Shown here: in pieces, positions 1-9,877 of the stretch
How the letters are laid out: every line of letters starts with the position of its first letter
Numbering within the stretch: the stretch's first letter is position 1
DNA from: Deltaproteobacteria bacterium
GTDB taxonomy: Bacteria; Myxococcota_A; Polyangia; Fen-1088
Assembly: GCA_033763315.1 (NCBI GenBank)
Contig: JANRKS010000028.1
Location: 128,001 to 192,000 of the forward strand
Reading direction: 5' to 3'
Length of the DNA: 64,000 nucleotides
Translations under genes and position numbers: made by a program
Notes under the pieces: generated by a model
Told to the model about the DNA's origin: nothing
The model's input: the letters and a program-made list of their open reading frames with translations, nothing else
Databases searched by the model: none

Positions 1-1
1 C

Positions 2-1429
2 GTGTTGTTCGTGCTTTTGCCCGCTGTGCTTTTGGCGTTGGCGGGCGTGCGGCCCCGGTGGCAACAGTGGGAAGCCAGCGGCGGCCTGCGCCGCTTCGTC
101 ACCACGCTGGTCGTCGTTCTCGCCTGGGCGGGCAGCACCTACAATTACAACCTATATCTCGACGTGGGGCACTGGTTCGACCGCGCCGGTTTGCTGGCCT
201 TGGCAGCGGCCACATGGTGGTGGCCGCTGGCGCTGCCACCATTCGCCACATGGGTGGTAATCATGTTGTGGGAGGTGTCGTCCGTCGGGCTCGGGCATGA
301 TGACTTCGATTGGCGGCCCTTAATTGAAGTGTTGGCGTTGTTTGCGTGCTTTGTGTGGCTGTCATTTTGGAAGCGCCTCAACACGCGTCACTTCTTGTTC
401 GTCGCGCTGTATTCGTTAGCGTCGTATTACTATTTCGCAGGCTACGCGAAGATCTTCTATGGGCCCACGTTCTCGTGGATCATAGACAACCACACGTCGA
501 ATCTGTTCTTGGCCGCGTGGCAGCACGGCTGGCTGAACTGGTTCTTGAGCGAGCGTGCAGCACTGGTAGCGACGCGCGCTTTGCGCCACATCGATCTTGC
601 GGCAGGCCTATTCACGGTCTTCGTCGCCGAAATCGGCGTCATCGTGTGGCTGGCCGTGCACCCACGCGCAACACGGGTGTGGTTGTTATGCGCCGCCGGC
701 CTTCATCTGGGGATCTTCGTGTTTGCGGGCGTGTGTTTTTGGAAGTGGATCGCGATGGATTTGGCGCTGTGGTATTTCCTGCGCGGCGAAGGCGCCTCGC
801 TGCATGCCGAGATCTTCAAACACAAAGCGGTGCTGGTCTTCGGCGTTGTGCTGTTGCTGTGCTCAGGGCAACGTACTTACTTTAATCCCACCACGGGCGT
901 CGCTTGGTATGACACCAACTTTAACGAGCTTTACCATCTGCAGGCCGTGGGAAAGAGCGGCAGAACGTACGACTTGGATCCAAATGTGTTCGCGCCTTAT
1001 GACGCGCGCATGACGCAGGAAAACTTTTGCTACTTGTCGGATGAACCCTATTTGACGGCAATCTACGGGCAAACGGGAAACCACGCGGTTTTGCGGAAGC
1101 TTGAGGCCAGCAAAACGGCAGCCGAAGCCTTGGCGGTGCTGAACGCCCACCGCCGGCCATGCACCGATGACAAACGACGAGCCGCCTGGGACACTCTGGT
1201 GAGCCGAACGATGGCGAACATTAACCGTCGAGGCTTGCCTCACCGTTGGTTGGCGCTGCTAGGCCGTTTTGATCACATTTGGTTGCTTCGCAAAGGGCCG
1301 CGGTTTTCCGCCAACGAACCTGTGGTGCGTGTGCAAGTGTGGCGTGAACGCACGCTTTTCACGGGCGATCGCATTGTGTCTGTGAGCAAAACGAAAATTC
1401 ACGAAGTGGACGTGCCGCTGATGCCTTAA
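2..1429 (+). CDS. Multi-pass membrane protein, HTTM-like, with soluble C-terminal domain (5' end probably outside window)
   Basis: Many hydrophobic helices; YYFAGYAK and LHLGIF...FWKW motifs resemble HTTM-domain proteins; ORF open from window edge. Confidence 0.55.
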   Translation: MLFVLLPAVLLALAGVRPRWQQWEASGGLRRFVTTLVVVLAWAGSTYNYNLYLDVGHWFDRAGLLALAAATWWWPLALPPFATWVVIMLWEVSSVGLGHDDFDWRPLIEVLALFACFVWLSFWKRLNTRHFLFVALYSLASYYYFAGYAKIFYGPTFSWIIDNHTSNLFLAAWQHGWLNWFLSERAALVATRALRHIDLAAGLFTVFVAEIGVIVWLAVHPRATRVWLLCAAGLHLGIFVFAGVCFWKWIAMDLALWYFLRGEGASLHAEIFKHKAVLVFGVVLLLCSGQRTYFNPTTGVAWYDTNFNELYHLQAVGKSGRTYDLDPNVFAPYDARMTQENFCYLSDEPYLTAIYGQTGNHAVLRKLEASKTAAEALAVLNAHRRPCTDDKRRAAWDTLVSRTMANINRRGLPHRWLALLGRFDHIWLLRKGPRFSANEPVVRVQVWRERTLFTGDRIVSVSKTKIHEVDVPLMP

Positions 1430-1749
1430 CGCCACAGCCGCCACCACTTGCGTGGGGGCCGTGGCGCAAAGAGAAAATCGTCAAGCTCGTTGCCTTGGGA
1501 TTGCGTGCCATCAGGTGTGGCCAATCCGCGCGCAAAGAAATCGTGTTCCAGCCACGCAAAAGGCGAGCGATCATCCACCGCCAGTGACGCTTCGAACAGC
1601 TCCGCCGAGGCGGAGGGAGGGCTGGGTTGCTTTGCGCGACGACGTTTGGCCACAGTTCCACTTTCGTTAAGGGGCCGTCCCCGCAACTCCACGGCCGTAC
1701 CCATCGCCGGCCTCGTCAGGGCCGCTGTCAAGCCACCTCCATCGGTCAA
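1426..1749 (-). CDS. Small hypothetical protein
   Basis: TTG start with GGAG upstream; contains DFFARG and C-terminal KWWRLWR; fills the gap between convergent/divergent genes. Confidence 0.35.
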   Translation of the reverse strand: MTDGGGLTAALTRPAMGTAVELRGRPLNESGTVAKRRRAKQPSPPSASAELFEASLAVDDRSPFAWLEHDFFARGLATPDGTQSQGNELDDFLFAPRPPRKWWRLWR

Positions 1750-1910
1750 GGAGACTTCTCCGTCTTGTCATCACCAGAGAGCTTACGGACCATTGGGCAC
1801 ATCATAAAATTTTGTGATGCATGTTCCTGATCGACGCGAATTTTGCAGGTCAGCTTGGAGAAGCGAAGGAAGTGCGTCATTTTGGGCCGCCCCCCCGAGA
1901 TGTCCTTCGC

Positions 1911-1926
1911 CGGCATGGGCGTTGCA
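1911..1926 (+). promoter_or_regulatory. Sigma54 (-24/-12) promoter
   Basis: CGGCATGGGCGTTGCA versus consensus TGGCACG-N4-TTGCW with exact GG-N10-GC spacing, 34 nt before ATG 1961. Confidence 0.65.
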
Positions 1927-1960
1927 TCGGAACAACGCGAACAAAGAAAGGGCGTCAGCT

Positions 1961-2383
1961 ATGATCGCACGCATTGAGAGTCACAAAGTAGGGTTGTGCC
2001 GGGGTCCGAAAGACGCGCCCATTCGCACGTTGGACTTGAGTGTGGCATGCGAGGCCGATCCGGGCGTACGCAAGGTGTTCTTGCGGTTCTACGAGCGCAA
2101 GCAAGACACGCTCGGGTTTATCAACGCCGTCAAAGACAACGTCATCGTATTTTTACCTTTGGACGATTTCGCCCTCACTCGCGATCTACTGGATGGCCCC
2201 GAAGATGTGTTTGTGGCTTGGATTGCGAACCAAGAGGGCACACTCGTTTGGGCAGAATTAACCACCGCTGACACGCCCTTGCGCGCCCACCATCTGCCTG
2301 AGGCCAACATCCTGCACCTGGTGGCGCCCGAGGAGAGAAACGAAAGAAACGAGCGGAACGACGAGGTTCTAGCAGGCCAATAA
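1961..2383 (+). CDS. Hypothetical cytoplasmic protein (140 aa)
   Basis: ATG 1961 with GAAAGGG SD-like sequence and sigma54 promoter upstream; protein-like composition. Confidence 0.65.
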   Translation: MIARIESHKVGLCRGPKDAPIRTLDLSVACEADPGVRKVFLRFYERKQDTLGFINAVKDNVIVFLPLDDFALTRDLLDGPEDVFVAWIANQEGTLVWAELTTADTPLRAHHLPEANILHLVAPEERNERNERNDEVLAGQ

Positions 2384-2424
2384 AGCCGGCCCCCGGCCGT
2401 GCCTTTCGATATATCCTAGGCCTT

Positions 2425-3414
2425 GTGCCAACGAGGACGACCAAGGCAGTTCTGTTCGTCGTGGGGGTGACCGTGGTCGCCGCGATCACCGCGTGCTCAA
2501 CGGACGCTTCGCCACCGCCCGCGTCAGCTGGTGGCGCCGGAGGAGAGGCAACGTCCGAGGGCGGGCAGGCCCAAGCCTCGGCATCGGACGCAGCCTCCAC
2601 CGGCGGCCACACGCCTATGGACGCCGCCCCCCAAACGGGCGGGATGGGTCCAGACGCAGGCATGGGCACTTCGCCCTTGAGTTCGCTGCCCACGCGCAGC
2701 CCCGGTTGTGGCAAACCCGCGGTGGGCACAGGTGCTTACATGCGCGAGAGCATGCAGATCGCCAACAAACCCCGCGCTAATTTTGTTTGGGTACCTGCGA
2801 ACTATGATCCGAACCGCGCCTACGCTTTGCTGTTCACGTTGCATGGCACAGGGGGCGTGGCCCCCGGCGATGGCAAAAACATCGAACTTAGTGCGGGAAA
2901 AGACGCGATCATCATGACCCCGCAGGCGATCGGCGGCACATGGCAGCTGGGGGTGGCTGGCGAAGACGTCATGTTCTGGGATGCCATGCTGCAAAACGCG
3001 CTGAACGCCTTTTGCATCAACCCGCAGCGCGTATTCGTCATGGGTTTTAGCCGCGGTGGCGCGATGACGAATTTGCTGGGCTGTGTACGCGGCGACAAGG
3101 TGCGCGGGCTTGGGCCACAGGCGGGGTGGCAGCCAGCGCCGCAAACCGCTTGCACCGGACGCCCTGCCGCACGCTTTGTTCATGGCGGCCAGGACGGCGT
3201 GGTTCCTGTGGTGCAAGGTTACCGCTCGCGCGATCTGCAAAACGCACGCAATGGCTGTGAGCCCACAACGGATCCTAAGGAGCCAGCACCATGCGTTCAG
3301 CAGCGCGGCTGCATGCCGGGCTCGCCCGTGGTGTGGTGTGAGATCCCGGGCGATCACGGCGCTCCCGTAGAATGGTTGGTGCCAGCGACGTGGCAGTTCT
3401 TCGAATCGCTTTAG
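2425..3414 (+). CDS. Alpha/beta-hydrolase lipoprotein (PHB depolymerase/LpqC/CE1 esterase-like)
   Basis: Lipobox ITAC, Gly/Ala linker, HG oxyanion motif, GFSRGG nucleophile elbow, HGGQD, C-terminal His. Confidence 0.85.
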   Translation: MPTRTTKAVLFVVGVTVVAAITACSTDASPPPASAGGAGGEATSEGGQAQASASDAASTGGHTPMDAAPQTGGMGPDAGMGTSPLSSLPTRSPGCGKPAVGTGAYMRESMQIANKPRANFVWVPANYDPNRAYALLFTLHGTGGVAPGDGKNIELSAGKDAIIMTPQAIGGTWQLGVAGEDVMFWDAMLQNALNAFCINPQRVFVMGFSRGGAMTNLLGCVRGDKVRGLGPQAGWQPAPQTACTGRPAARFVHGGQDGVVPVVQGYRSRDLQNARNGCEPTTDPKEPAPCVQQRGCMPGSPVVWCEIPGDHGAPVEWLVPATWQFFESL

Positions 3415-3494
3415 CCATCACCTGAAACGCCCACGCGGGCCTGGGTGAATCGACTTTGAACGTCGCTGCAGAGGGCAGGTAGAACAGGCTTCCC

Positions 3495-4772
3495 ATGAAG
3501 CCTCTCCAAGCGTCTCACGTGGCTGGACTGTCAACCATCACTGGAGGCGCCGTGCGCGGCTTCGCCGAGGCTGCGCTGGATCACGGCAGAGGTCTGCTGC
3601 GTTTGGCGCCATGTTGGGTGCCGCGTGTGTTTTTGCAACCCGGGCTGCGCTTGAAATTGGATCCGCGCGACACGTACGCGTTTGGCCTCAACCGCGGCGG
3701 CATTGATGAACGTTGGTTTGCCTCCACAACGGAAGCCATGAACGAAGATCGCGTGCATGACGAAGGCTTAAGTTACGTGGTGAGCGGAAACAGCCGCGCC
3801 ACGCTGCGAGACGTGGTGGCTGAACTGGGCGCCGCCGCCGTGGGGCCCGACATCTGGAACCAGTACAAGCGTTGGCCGGTGTATTCAAAGTTCTTTGACA
3901 ACAAAGGGCCCATTCCGCACCACATGCACCACAACTGGCAACAAGCGGCGCTTGTGGGGCAAGAAGGCAAGCCGGAAGGTTATTACTTCCCTCCGCAGCA
4001 CAACAGCGTCACCAACAATTTCCCGTACACGTTCTTTGGCTTGAACCCCGAGACAAAAAAAGCTGATGTGCGCCGCTGCTTGGAAAACTGGAACCGCGGC
4101 GACAACGGCATCTTGGATCTTTCGCAGGCCTATCGGTTAAAGCCGGGCACAGGCTGGCTTGTGCCGCCCGGTGTGTTGCACGCCCCCGGCTCCTTGTGCA
4201 CGTACGAGCCGCAGTGGGGCAGCGACGTGTTTGGCATGTATCAAAATTTGGTGGAAGGGCGCGTAGCCGGCTGGGATCTGCTGATTAAGGACATTCCGGC
4301 CGACAAGCACACCGACCTCGATTACTTGGTGGCTCAGCTTGATTGGGAACGCAACGTTGATCGCGACTTCAAACGTCACAGCTATCTTGAACCTTTGGTT
4401 GCGTCCGCGGCCGACGATGGCGCCTGGGTGGATCGATGGATCGTGTACGGCCGCATTGATGGCAGGCAGTGGTTCTCGGCCAAAGAACTCACGCTTTCGC
4501 CGGGCGCCACGTGCACCATCAAAGATGGTGGCGCGTACGGCCTCATTACAGTGCAAGGGCACGGCAAGATGAACCACTTGGACATCGACAGCCCCCGGAT
4601 GATTGGTTTTGGAGAGCTCACGCGTGACGAGATCTTCTGCACCGAAGCCACCGCGCGCGAAGGTGTGACGTTCACGAACACTTCAGAAACAGAGCCTTTG
4701 GTGATGCTGCGCTACTTCGGTCCTGAACGGTTTGCCCAGGCGCCGGCGGTGGGCGATCACCTCAAAGCCTGA
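3495..4772 (+). CDS. Cupin, class I mannose-6-phosphate isomerase-like protein
   Basis: KFFD..GPIPHHMH, GKPEGYY, PPGVLHAPG and EPQWGSD align with type I PMI metal-site motifs. Confidence 0.65.
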   Translation: MKPLQASHVAGLSTITGGAVRGFAEAALDHGRGLLRLAPCWVPRVFLQPGLRLKLDPRDTYAFGLNRGGIDERWFASTTEAMNEDRVHDEGLSYVVSGNSRATLRDVVAELGAAAVGPDIWNQYKRWPVYSKFFDNKGPIPHHMHHNWQQAALVGQEGKPEGYYFPPQHNSVTNNFPYTFFGLNPETKKADVRRCLENWNRGDNGILDLSQAYRLKPGTGWLVPPGVLHAPGSLCTYEPQWGSDVFGMYQNLVEGRVAGWDLLIKDIPADKHTDLDYLVAQLDWERNVDRDFKRHSYLEPLVASAADDGAWVDRWIVYGRIDGRQWFSAKELTLSPGATCTIKDGGAYGLITVQGHGKMNHLDIDSPRMIGFGELTRDEIFCTEATAREGVTFTNTSETEPLVMLRYFGPERFAQAPAVGDHLKA

Positions 4773-4781
4773 GTCGCCATC

Positions 4782-5921
4782 ATGTCGAAACTGCGCGTGG
4801 GGATGGTGGGCACGGGCTTTATGGGCCGCGTGCACTCGAACGCTTATCGTCACATCACGTCTATCTTTAAGCCCGCCATCGAGCCCGTTTTGCAGGCCGT
4901 GTGCGCGCGCGACGCGGAACACACCACTGAGTTTGCGCGCGCGTGGGGCTATGAACACGTGGAAACCGATTGGCGCCGCCTGATCGCACGCGACGACATC
5001 GACGCCATCGACATCTGTGTGCCCAACCACCTGCATAAAGACATCGCCTTGGCTGCGGCCCGTGCCGGCAAAGCCGTGTTGTGTGAGAAGCCGCTGGCAA
5101 CGTCGTTCGCCGATGCCGAGGCCATGTGCACCGCCGTTGAGGCCGCGGGCGTGGCCAACACGGTGTGGTTCAATTACCGGCGCATGCCCGCTGTGACGCT
5201 GGCGCAGCGGATGGTGGCCGAAGGGCGGTTGGGCCGGATCTATCACTACCGCGCCAGCTTCTTACAAGACTGGACCATAGCCGCCGACATCCCCCAAGGG
5301 GGCAAGGCGCTGTGGCGACTCGACGCAAACGAGGCCGGCTCTGGAGTGCTGGGCGACCTGTTGGCCCACTGCATCGACACCGCCTTATGGATCAACGGGC
5401 CCATCAGCCAAGTGTCGGGCATGACCGAAACGTTTGTGAAAGAGCGCACGCACACCAGCACGGGGACAAAGCAACCCGTGAGCATCGACGACGCGTGCAC
5501 GTTCATGTGTCGCTTCGGCAATGGCTCGCTGGGCGTGTTTGAATCAAGCCGCTATGCGCGCGGACACAAAGCCAACTACACGTTTGAGATCAACGGCGCC
5601 GAAGGCTCATTGCGCTGGTCGCTCGAAGATCTGCATCGGCTGGATTACATGAACCACGGCGATGCCGCGGATGTGCGTGGGTGGCGCTCGATCCATGTTT
5701 CGGATCACGGTGGCAAGCACCCCTATATGGATCATTGGTGGGTGCCCGGGCTGCAGATCGGCTACGAGCACAGCTTCATTCATCACGCGGCCGATTTCTT
5801 GGCGGCCTTGGCCGAAGGCAAGCCGTGCGCGCCGACCTTCCGCGACGCGCTCGGCACCCAACGCATCTGCGAGGCCGTTTTGGCCTCGGCTGCCGAGGGC
5901 CGCTGGTTAAACCTGGCTTAG
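4782..5921 (+). CDS. Gfo/Idh/MocA family oxidoreductase
   Basis: VGTGFMG Rossmann motif, [17 protein letters not shown]. Confidence 0.92.
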   Translation: MSKLRVGMVGTGFMGRVHSNAYRHITSIFKPAIEPVLQAVCARDAEHTTEFARAWGYEHVETDWRRLIARDDIDAIDICVPNHLHKDIALAAARAGKAVLCEKPLATSFADAEAMCTAVEAAGVANTVWFNYRRMPAVTLAQRMVAEGRLGRIYHYRASFLQDWTIAADIPQGGKALWRLDANEAGSGVLGDLLAHCIDTALWINGPISQVSGMTETFVKERTHTSTGTKQPVSIDDACTFMCRFGNGSLGVFESSRYARGHKANYTFEINGAEGSLRWSLEDLHRLDYMNHGDAADVRGWRSIHVSDHGGKHPYMDHWWVPGLQIGYEHSFIHHAADFLAALAEGKPCAPTFRDALGTQRICEAVLASAAEGRWLNLA

Positions 5922-7420
5922 CGGCCTTCCTCTTCCTTCACCGGCACCAGCAACTTCTTGAGTTCGTCTTCGGATTTCCCGGCCAAAACCACGGGCGGAT
6001 TGCGAATCACTTTCAGATCACGGTACCGCACCACCTGCTGCGGATCAAAGTGAATCTGCAGCGCGAGCTGACCCGACAATTCGCCCTTCGGATCCTCAAC
6101 CGCCACCGAGATGGTGCCGTTGACCGCCGTCCAGATCTTGTGCCCCACGGCCAAGATTTCATAGTGGTTCCAACCGCTCCAATCGACGGCCTTTTCGCCT
6201 GTGTCTTTGCGGAACAAATGCATGCGGCCCTCTTCGTGGTAGAGGCGCCCCCATAAGCCCGTGCCCACGTCCGCTTGGTAACCACGCGCACCGTTTCCGC
6301 CTTCGATGTGTTGGCTGCGAAATTGAATGCCGCTGTTGCGATCGTGCGACGGCGTTTGTTTGATCCACACCGAAAGATAGAAATCCTTGAGTACCGCCGT
6401 GTTGTGCCAAAGGAAACTGTTGTGGTGCATATACTGCTTCGAGTCGCCGACGATTTGGCCATCCTCGACGCGCCAAAACCCTGGCTCGCCCGTCCAACCA
6501 TCAAGGTTCTTGCCGTTGAACAGCTTTAACTCTTCCTCCGGCCCGGCGCACGATTGATTCGATACAGCGCCGATCTCCTCAGCGGCGTGCGTCATCACCT
6601 GCACCTCCACGCGTGTGAGCTCGGGATCAATCATATCGATCGCCCATAGACGCTCACCATTCACCTTGGGAAAGTGCTTGTCCTCATGGGCGAGGCCGGT
6701 CTTAAAAAGGTGGCAGTACGCAGCGTCGATGTTATCCACCGCGAAGTTGATATGATAGGCGGATCCGGCGGCCCAGCGGTTGATGGGGCCCCATACAAAA
6801 ATAAGTTCGATCACGTCCTTGGCGCTTCCGGGCAGCAAATACTTGATCAACGTGGGGCGACCGCCCTTGTCGTTCATGCGGAAGGACTCTTCAAGGCCGA
6901 GGGTGTCGCGGTAAAACCGCATCGCCGCGTCTTCTTCTTTGTGGTTCACCACCAGGCCCACGTGCTGCAAGTGCTGCGAGAAGCCAGGAGCTGGTTTGGT
7001 TGCCACCGGCACGCCTTTGCTTCGCACGAAGCGCAACAGATGGCCGAAGGGATCGCGCACCTGCAGCTCTTGTCCCTGCTTTTCATAGGCCACATTGCGC
7101 AGCTTTAGGTTGGCCTCCACGGCCTTAAGGTCTGGCGCAGCCAAACCCACGCTGTGCATGTGAATCACCGCGTTCGGCACCGCGCCTGGCAGAAACTCAA
7201 GGTATTGCGAAGCGCCCACAGCGAACCGCAACGACTGGCCCACGCGTTGTTCGCGAAAGCCCGCGCCGTTTCCGTAAAAATCGCTGATGGCCGCCATATC
7301 GTGGGCCCGCAGCGTGGCGCCGGCGATGCCATTGATAGGCAGCGGCGGAGCCGCACGCGCACGGGAACCGAAAGCAAACAACCCACCAAAGAGAACCAAC
7401 GCGCGAAAAAATGTGCTCAC
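5918..7420 (-). CDS. Exported VOC-VOC-DUF1080 (3-keto-glycoside hydrolase/lyase-type) fusion protein
   Basis: Signal peptide; two glyoxalase/VOC modules (DPFGHLL; [28 protein letters not shown]); C-terminal [35 protein letters not shown] of DUF1080. Confidence 0.8.
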   Translation of the reverse strand: MSTFFRALVLFGGLFAFGSRARAAPPLPINGIAGATLRAHDMAAISDFYGNGAGFREQRVGQSLRFAVGASQYLEFLPGAVPNAVIHMHSVGLAAPDLKAVEANLKLRNVAYEKQGQELQVRDPFGHLLRFVRSKGVPVATKPAPGFSQHLQHVGLVVNHKEEDAAMRFYRDTLGLEESFRMNDKGGRPTLIKYLLPGSAKDVIELIFVWGPINRWAAGSAYHINFAVDNIDAAYCHLFKTGLAHEDKHFPKVNGERLWAIDMIDPELTRVEVQVMTHAAEEIGAVSNQSCAGPEEELKLFNGKNLDGWTGEPGFWRVEDGQIVGDSKQYMHHNSFLWHNTAVLKDFYLSVWIKQTPSHDRNSGIQFRSQHIEGGNGARGYQADVGTGLWGRLYHEEGRMHLFRKDTGEKAVDWSGWNHYEILAVGHKIWTAVNGTISVAVEDPKGELSGQLALQIHFDPQQVVRYRDLKVIRNPPVVLAGKSEDELKKLLVPVKEEEGR

Positions 7421-7503
7421 AGTTTCACCAGAATAACTGAACCAATTCGTATCAACGTGCGAATACGTCTGCCTGTGTGCTCCAGGCGACGCTGGGCAGT
7501 GCC

Positions 7504-9087
7504 TTATGTTGGGTTTACGTCGTGGCTGCGCAACTGCACGGGCCGGTAACCACCGCGCGACCGGAAGTGCAGCAGAATGAACACGAACGCCACCGCCATC
7601 ACGGCCGGCAAGAGTGCCGCCACCCGCAACGTGCTGCGACCCGTTTCTTGCAGTTTCGCCAGCAGCGCGGGCTTTTGTGCCGACGGGAACTCGGGCTGCA
7701 ACACCACCGCATCAGCGTTGATGCTTTCGTAGCGCACGCCAAACAGGCTCTTCTCGGCGTAGATCGGCTTCTTGTCGTCCGATCGGCCGAACGTGCGCTT
7801 TTCGCTTTTGATGGCCGCCAACACCGTGGGCGACGCCGCCGCGATTGTTTTGGCGTTGTAGTTGTCTTGCACGGCGCCGAAGAACGGAAAGCCAAAGATG
7901 CCCACCGTCAAAAGGCCCATCGCCGAAACTGTGTTTAAGGTCATGGCGCCGCCGCGGGGAAACTGCTCCGAGACCAGGCCCAAAACCGTGGGCCAATAAA
8001 ACGTTTGCCCCACGGCAAAGAACACGAACGCCAAAAACACCACAAACCCCGACGAAACCGACAAGAAGTAAAGGCCGATCACCGAGCACAACGAGCTGAC
8101 CAGCAGCAACGCGGGCGGCGACAAATAGCGCAGCGGCACGCCTGCGAAGAAGCGCAAAACCATCATGATGGCGGCTGAGATCACCAAAGCCCAACCGGCG
8201 TGTTCGCCCATCGCTGGCTCCATGAGCTTCTTGATCCAACCGTCCGTGCCCAATTCCGTGGCGGCCAGCGGGATCATGATCGCGCACAGAAACACAAACA
8301 GCCACCGCCCCTTTGATTTCACCGCAAAGCCCATTGCGGCGCCGCCCACAAGGCCGACCAACACGCAGCTCCACAAGCGCCCATCATCGGTGAAGAAGCC
8401 AAGCTGTACGCTGAGCTCGTAGCACAAGAATGTGATCGCCATAAACGCGCCCATGCCACCCAATTCGCGCAACATCTCGAGCGTCGAAATGTTGTTGGCC
8501 ACGCGCTCGTCAACGGGAAACCGTTTGACCAACGCAAACAGCACGCCGTAAGCAACCACAGGCAACATCAGAAACCAGAACACGGTTTCCGCGGCCTGCC
8601 ACGTGGTGGCGTTTCTATAAAGCGTAAGATAGAGGCTTCCGCCCATCACCACGCCCAACGGCCACGCGGCGTGCAGGATGTTCAGCATCTTGCTTTTCTG
8701 GGTCGGATACACCGACGCGCACAGCGGATTGATGATGGCCTCGACCGCGCCGTGCCCCGCGCCCGCCGCCAAGCACGCCACCCATAAAGCAGTGTAGCTG
8801 TGGGCGGTGACGGTCAGAATCACAGACAGGCTTTGCAGCACCATGGCGATGTACATCGACAGCCGGTAGCCGATGCGGTCAACCACCAAGCTGAACAGAA
8901 TCATCACGACCGCGACCGGCCACAGGCTGGCCCCAAACAGCACGCCCACTTCGGTGGCAGAAACCTCGAAGTGGGATCCCCATAAACCCGGGACCATGGA
9001 GCGGAACACAAAGCCCGCCCCCGCCGCCGCCAGCGCCAAAAAACTGCCTGCAAAGAGCAACTGCTTTTCCTTGGTGGTCAGGTCCAT
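7504..9087 (-). CDS. MFS transporter (sugar-permease-like) with a periplasmic insertion
   Basis: About 12 TM helices, VDRIGYR loop motif, LNILHAAWP, FYWPT..G.VSE.FPRGG. Confidence 0.85.
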   Translation of the reverse strand: MDLTTKEKQLLFAGSFLALAAAGAGFVFRSMVPGLWGSHFEVSATEVGVLFGASLWPVAVVMILFSLVVDRIGYRLSMYIAMVLQSLSVILTVTAHSYTALWVACLAAGAGHGAVEAIINPLCASVYPTQKSKMLNILHAAWPLGVVMGGSLYLTLYRNATTWQAAETVFWFLMLPVVAYGVLFALVKRFPVDERVANNISTLEMLRELGGMGAFMAITFLCYELSVQLGFFTDDGRLWSCVLVGLVGGAAMGFAVKSKGRWLFVFLCAIMIPLAATELGTDGWIKKLMEPAMGEHAGWALVISAAIMMVLRFFAGVPLRYLSPPALLLVSSLCSVIGLYFLSVSSGFVVFLAFVFFAVGQTFYWPTVLGLVSEQFPRGGAMTLNTVSAMGLLTVGIFGFPFFGAVQDNYNAKTIAAASPTVLAAIKSEKRTFGRSDDKKPIYAEKSLFGVRYESINADAVVLQPEFPSAQKPALLAKLQETGRSTLRVAALLPAVMAVAFVFILLHFRSRGGYRPVQLRSHDVNPT

Positions 9088-9154
9088 GGGGGTTGTTTGT
9101 CTTCCCACCTCCGGTGCACACGTTCAATCCATCGAAAGTTCTACGTGTGCATGC

Positions 9155-9778
9155 TTAAACGGCCGGCTTGACCTGTTGGACCAGCTCAACCTCCAACGAA
9201 ATCTCCACGGATTCCCCGACCACGACGCCGCCCGTCTCAAGCGCCATATTCCACACCAAACCCCAGTCTTTGCGGTTGATCGTCGCGGAAGCGGTGGCGC
9301 CTCGCTTGGTGTTGCCCCAGGGGTCTTTCACCGCCGTGGGCAACGGATCCACGTTCAACGTCACCGGGTGCGTCACGTTGCGAATGGTCAAGTTGCCCGT
9401 GACTTCCAGACGACCGTTGGCCAGGGGCAAAACCTTGGTGGATTCAAACGTCACGAACGGGAAGGCCTCCACGTTCAGAAAATCGGCGCTGCGCAGGTGC
9501 TCGTCGCGTTTTGCGTCCCGCGTATCCAGTTTGCGCGCGTCAATCTTCACCGAAACGCGCGACTTTGACAGATCCTTCTCGTGCAGTTCAAGCACCCCTT
9601 GCACGGGCCCCAATTCGCCTTTGACGTTCGAGACCATCAGATGGCGCACGCGGAACTGGGCGCTCGAGTGCGAAGCATCCACGGCCCACGTGGTGGCGGG
9701 TGAAGCGGCGTGCGCGGCCTCGGGGGAAAAGGCGGGAACGGCGATAAGTGTGGCAACGGCAAGTGTGGTCGATTTCAT
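9155..9778 (-). CDS. YceI family periplasmic protein
   Basis: Signal peptide; HSSAQFRVRHL, RDEHLRSADF, GNLTIR, INRKDWG. Confidence 0.92.
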   Translation of the reverse strand: MKSTTLAVATLIAVPAFSPEAAHAASPATTWAVDASHSSAQFRVRHLMVSNVKGELGPVQGVLELHEKDLSKSRVSVKIDARKLDTRDAKRDEHLRSADFLNVEAFPFVTFESTKVLPLANGRLEVTGNLTIRNVTHPVTLNVDPLPTAVKDPWGNTKRGATASATINRKDWGLVWNMALETGGVVVGESVEISLEVELVQQVKPAV

Positions 9779-9877
9779 GAGCGTCTCCTTGTGTGCGGAC
9801 GTTGTGTCCGTGAGTTCAAGATGCCCGTCCTGCTGCGATTCCTCCAGACGATGTTCTTTATGGTCTATATTCGTTTA

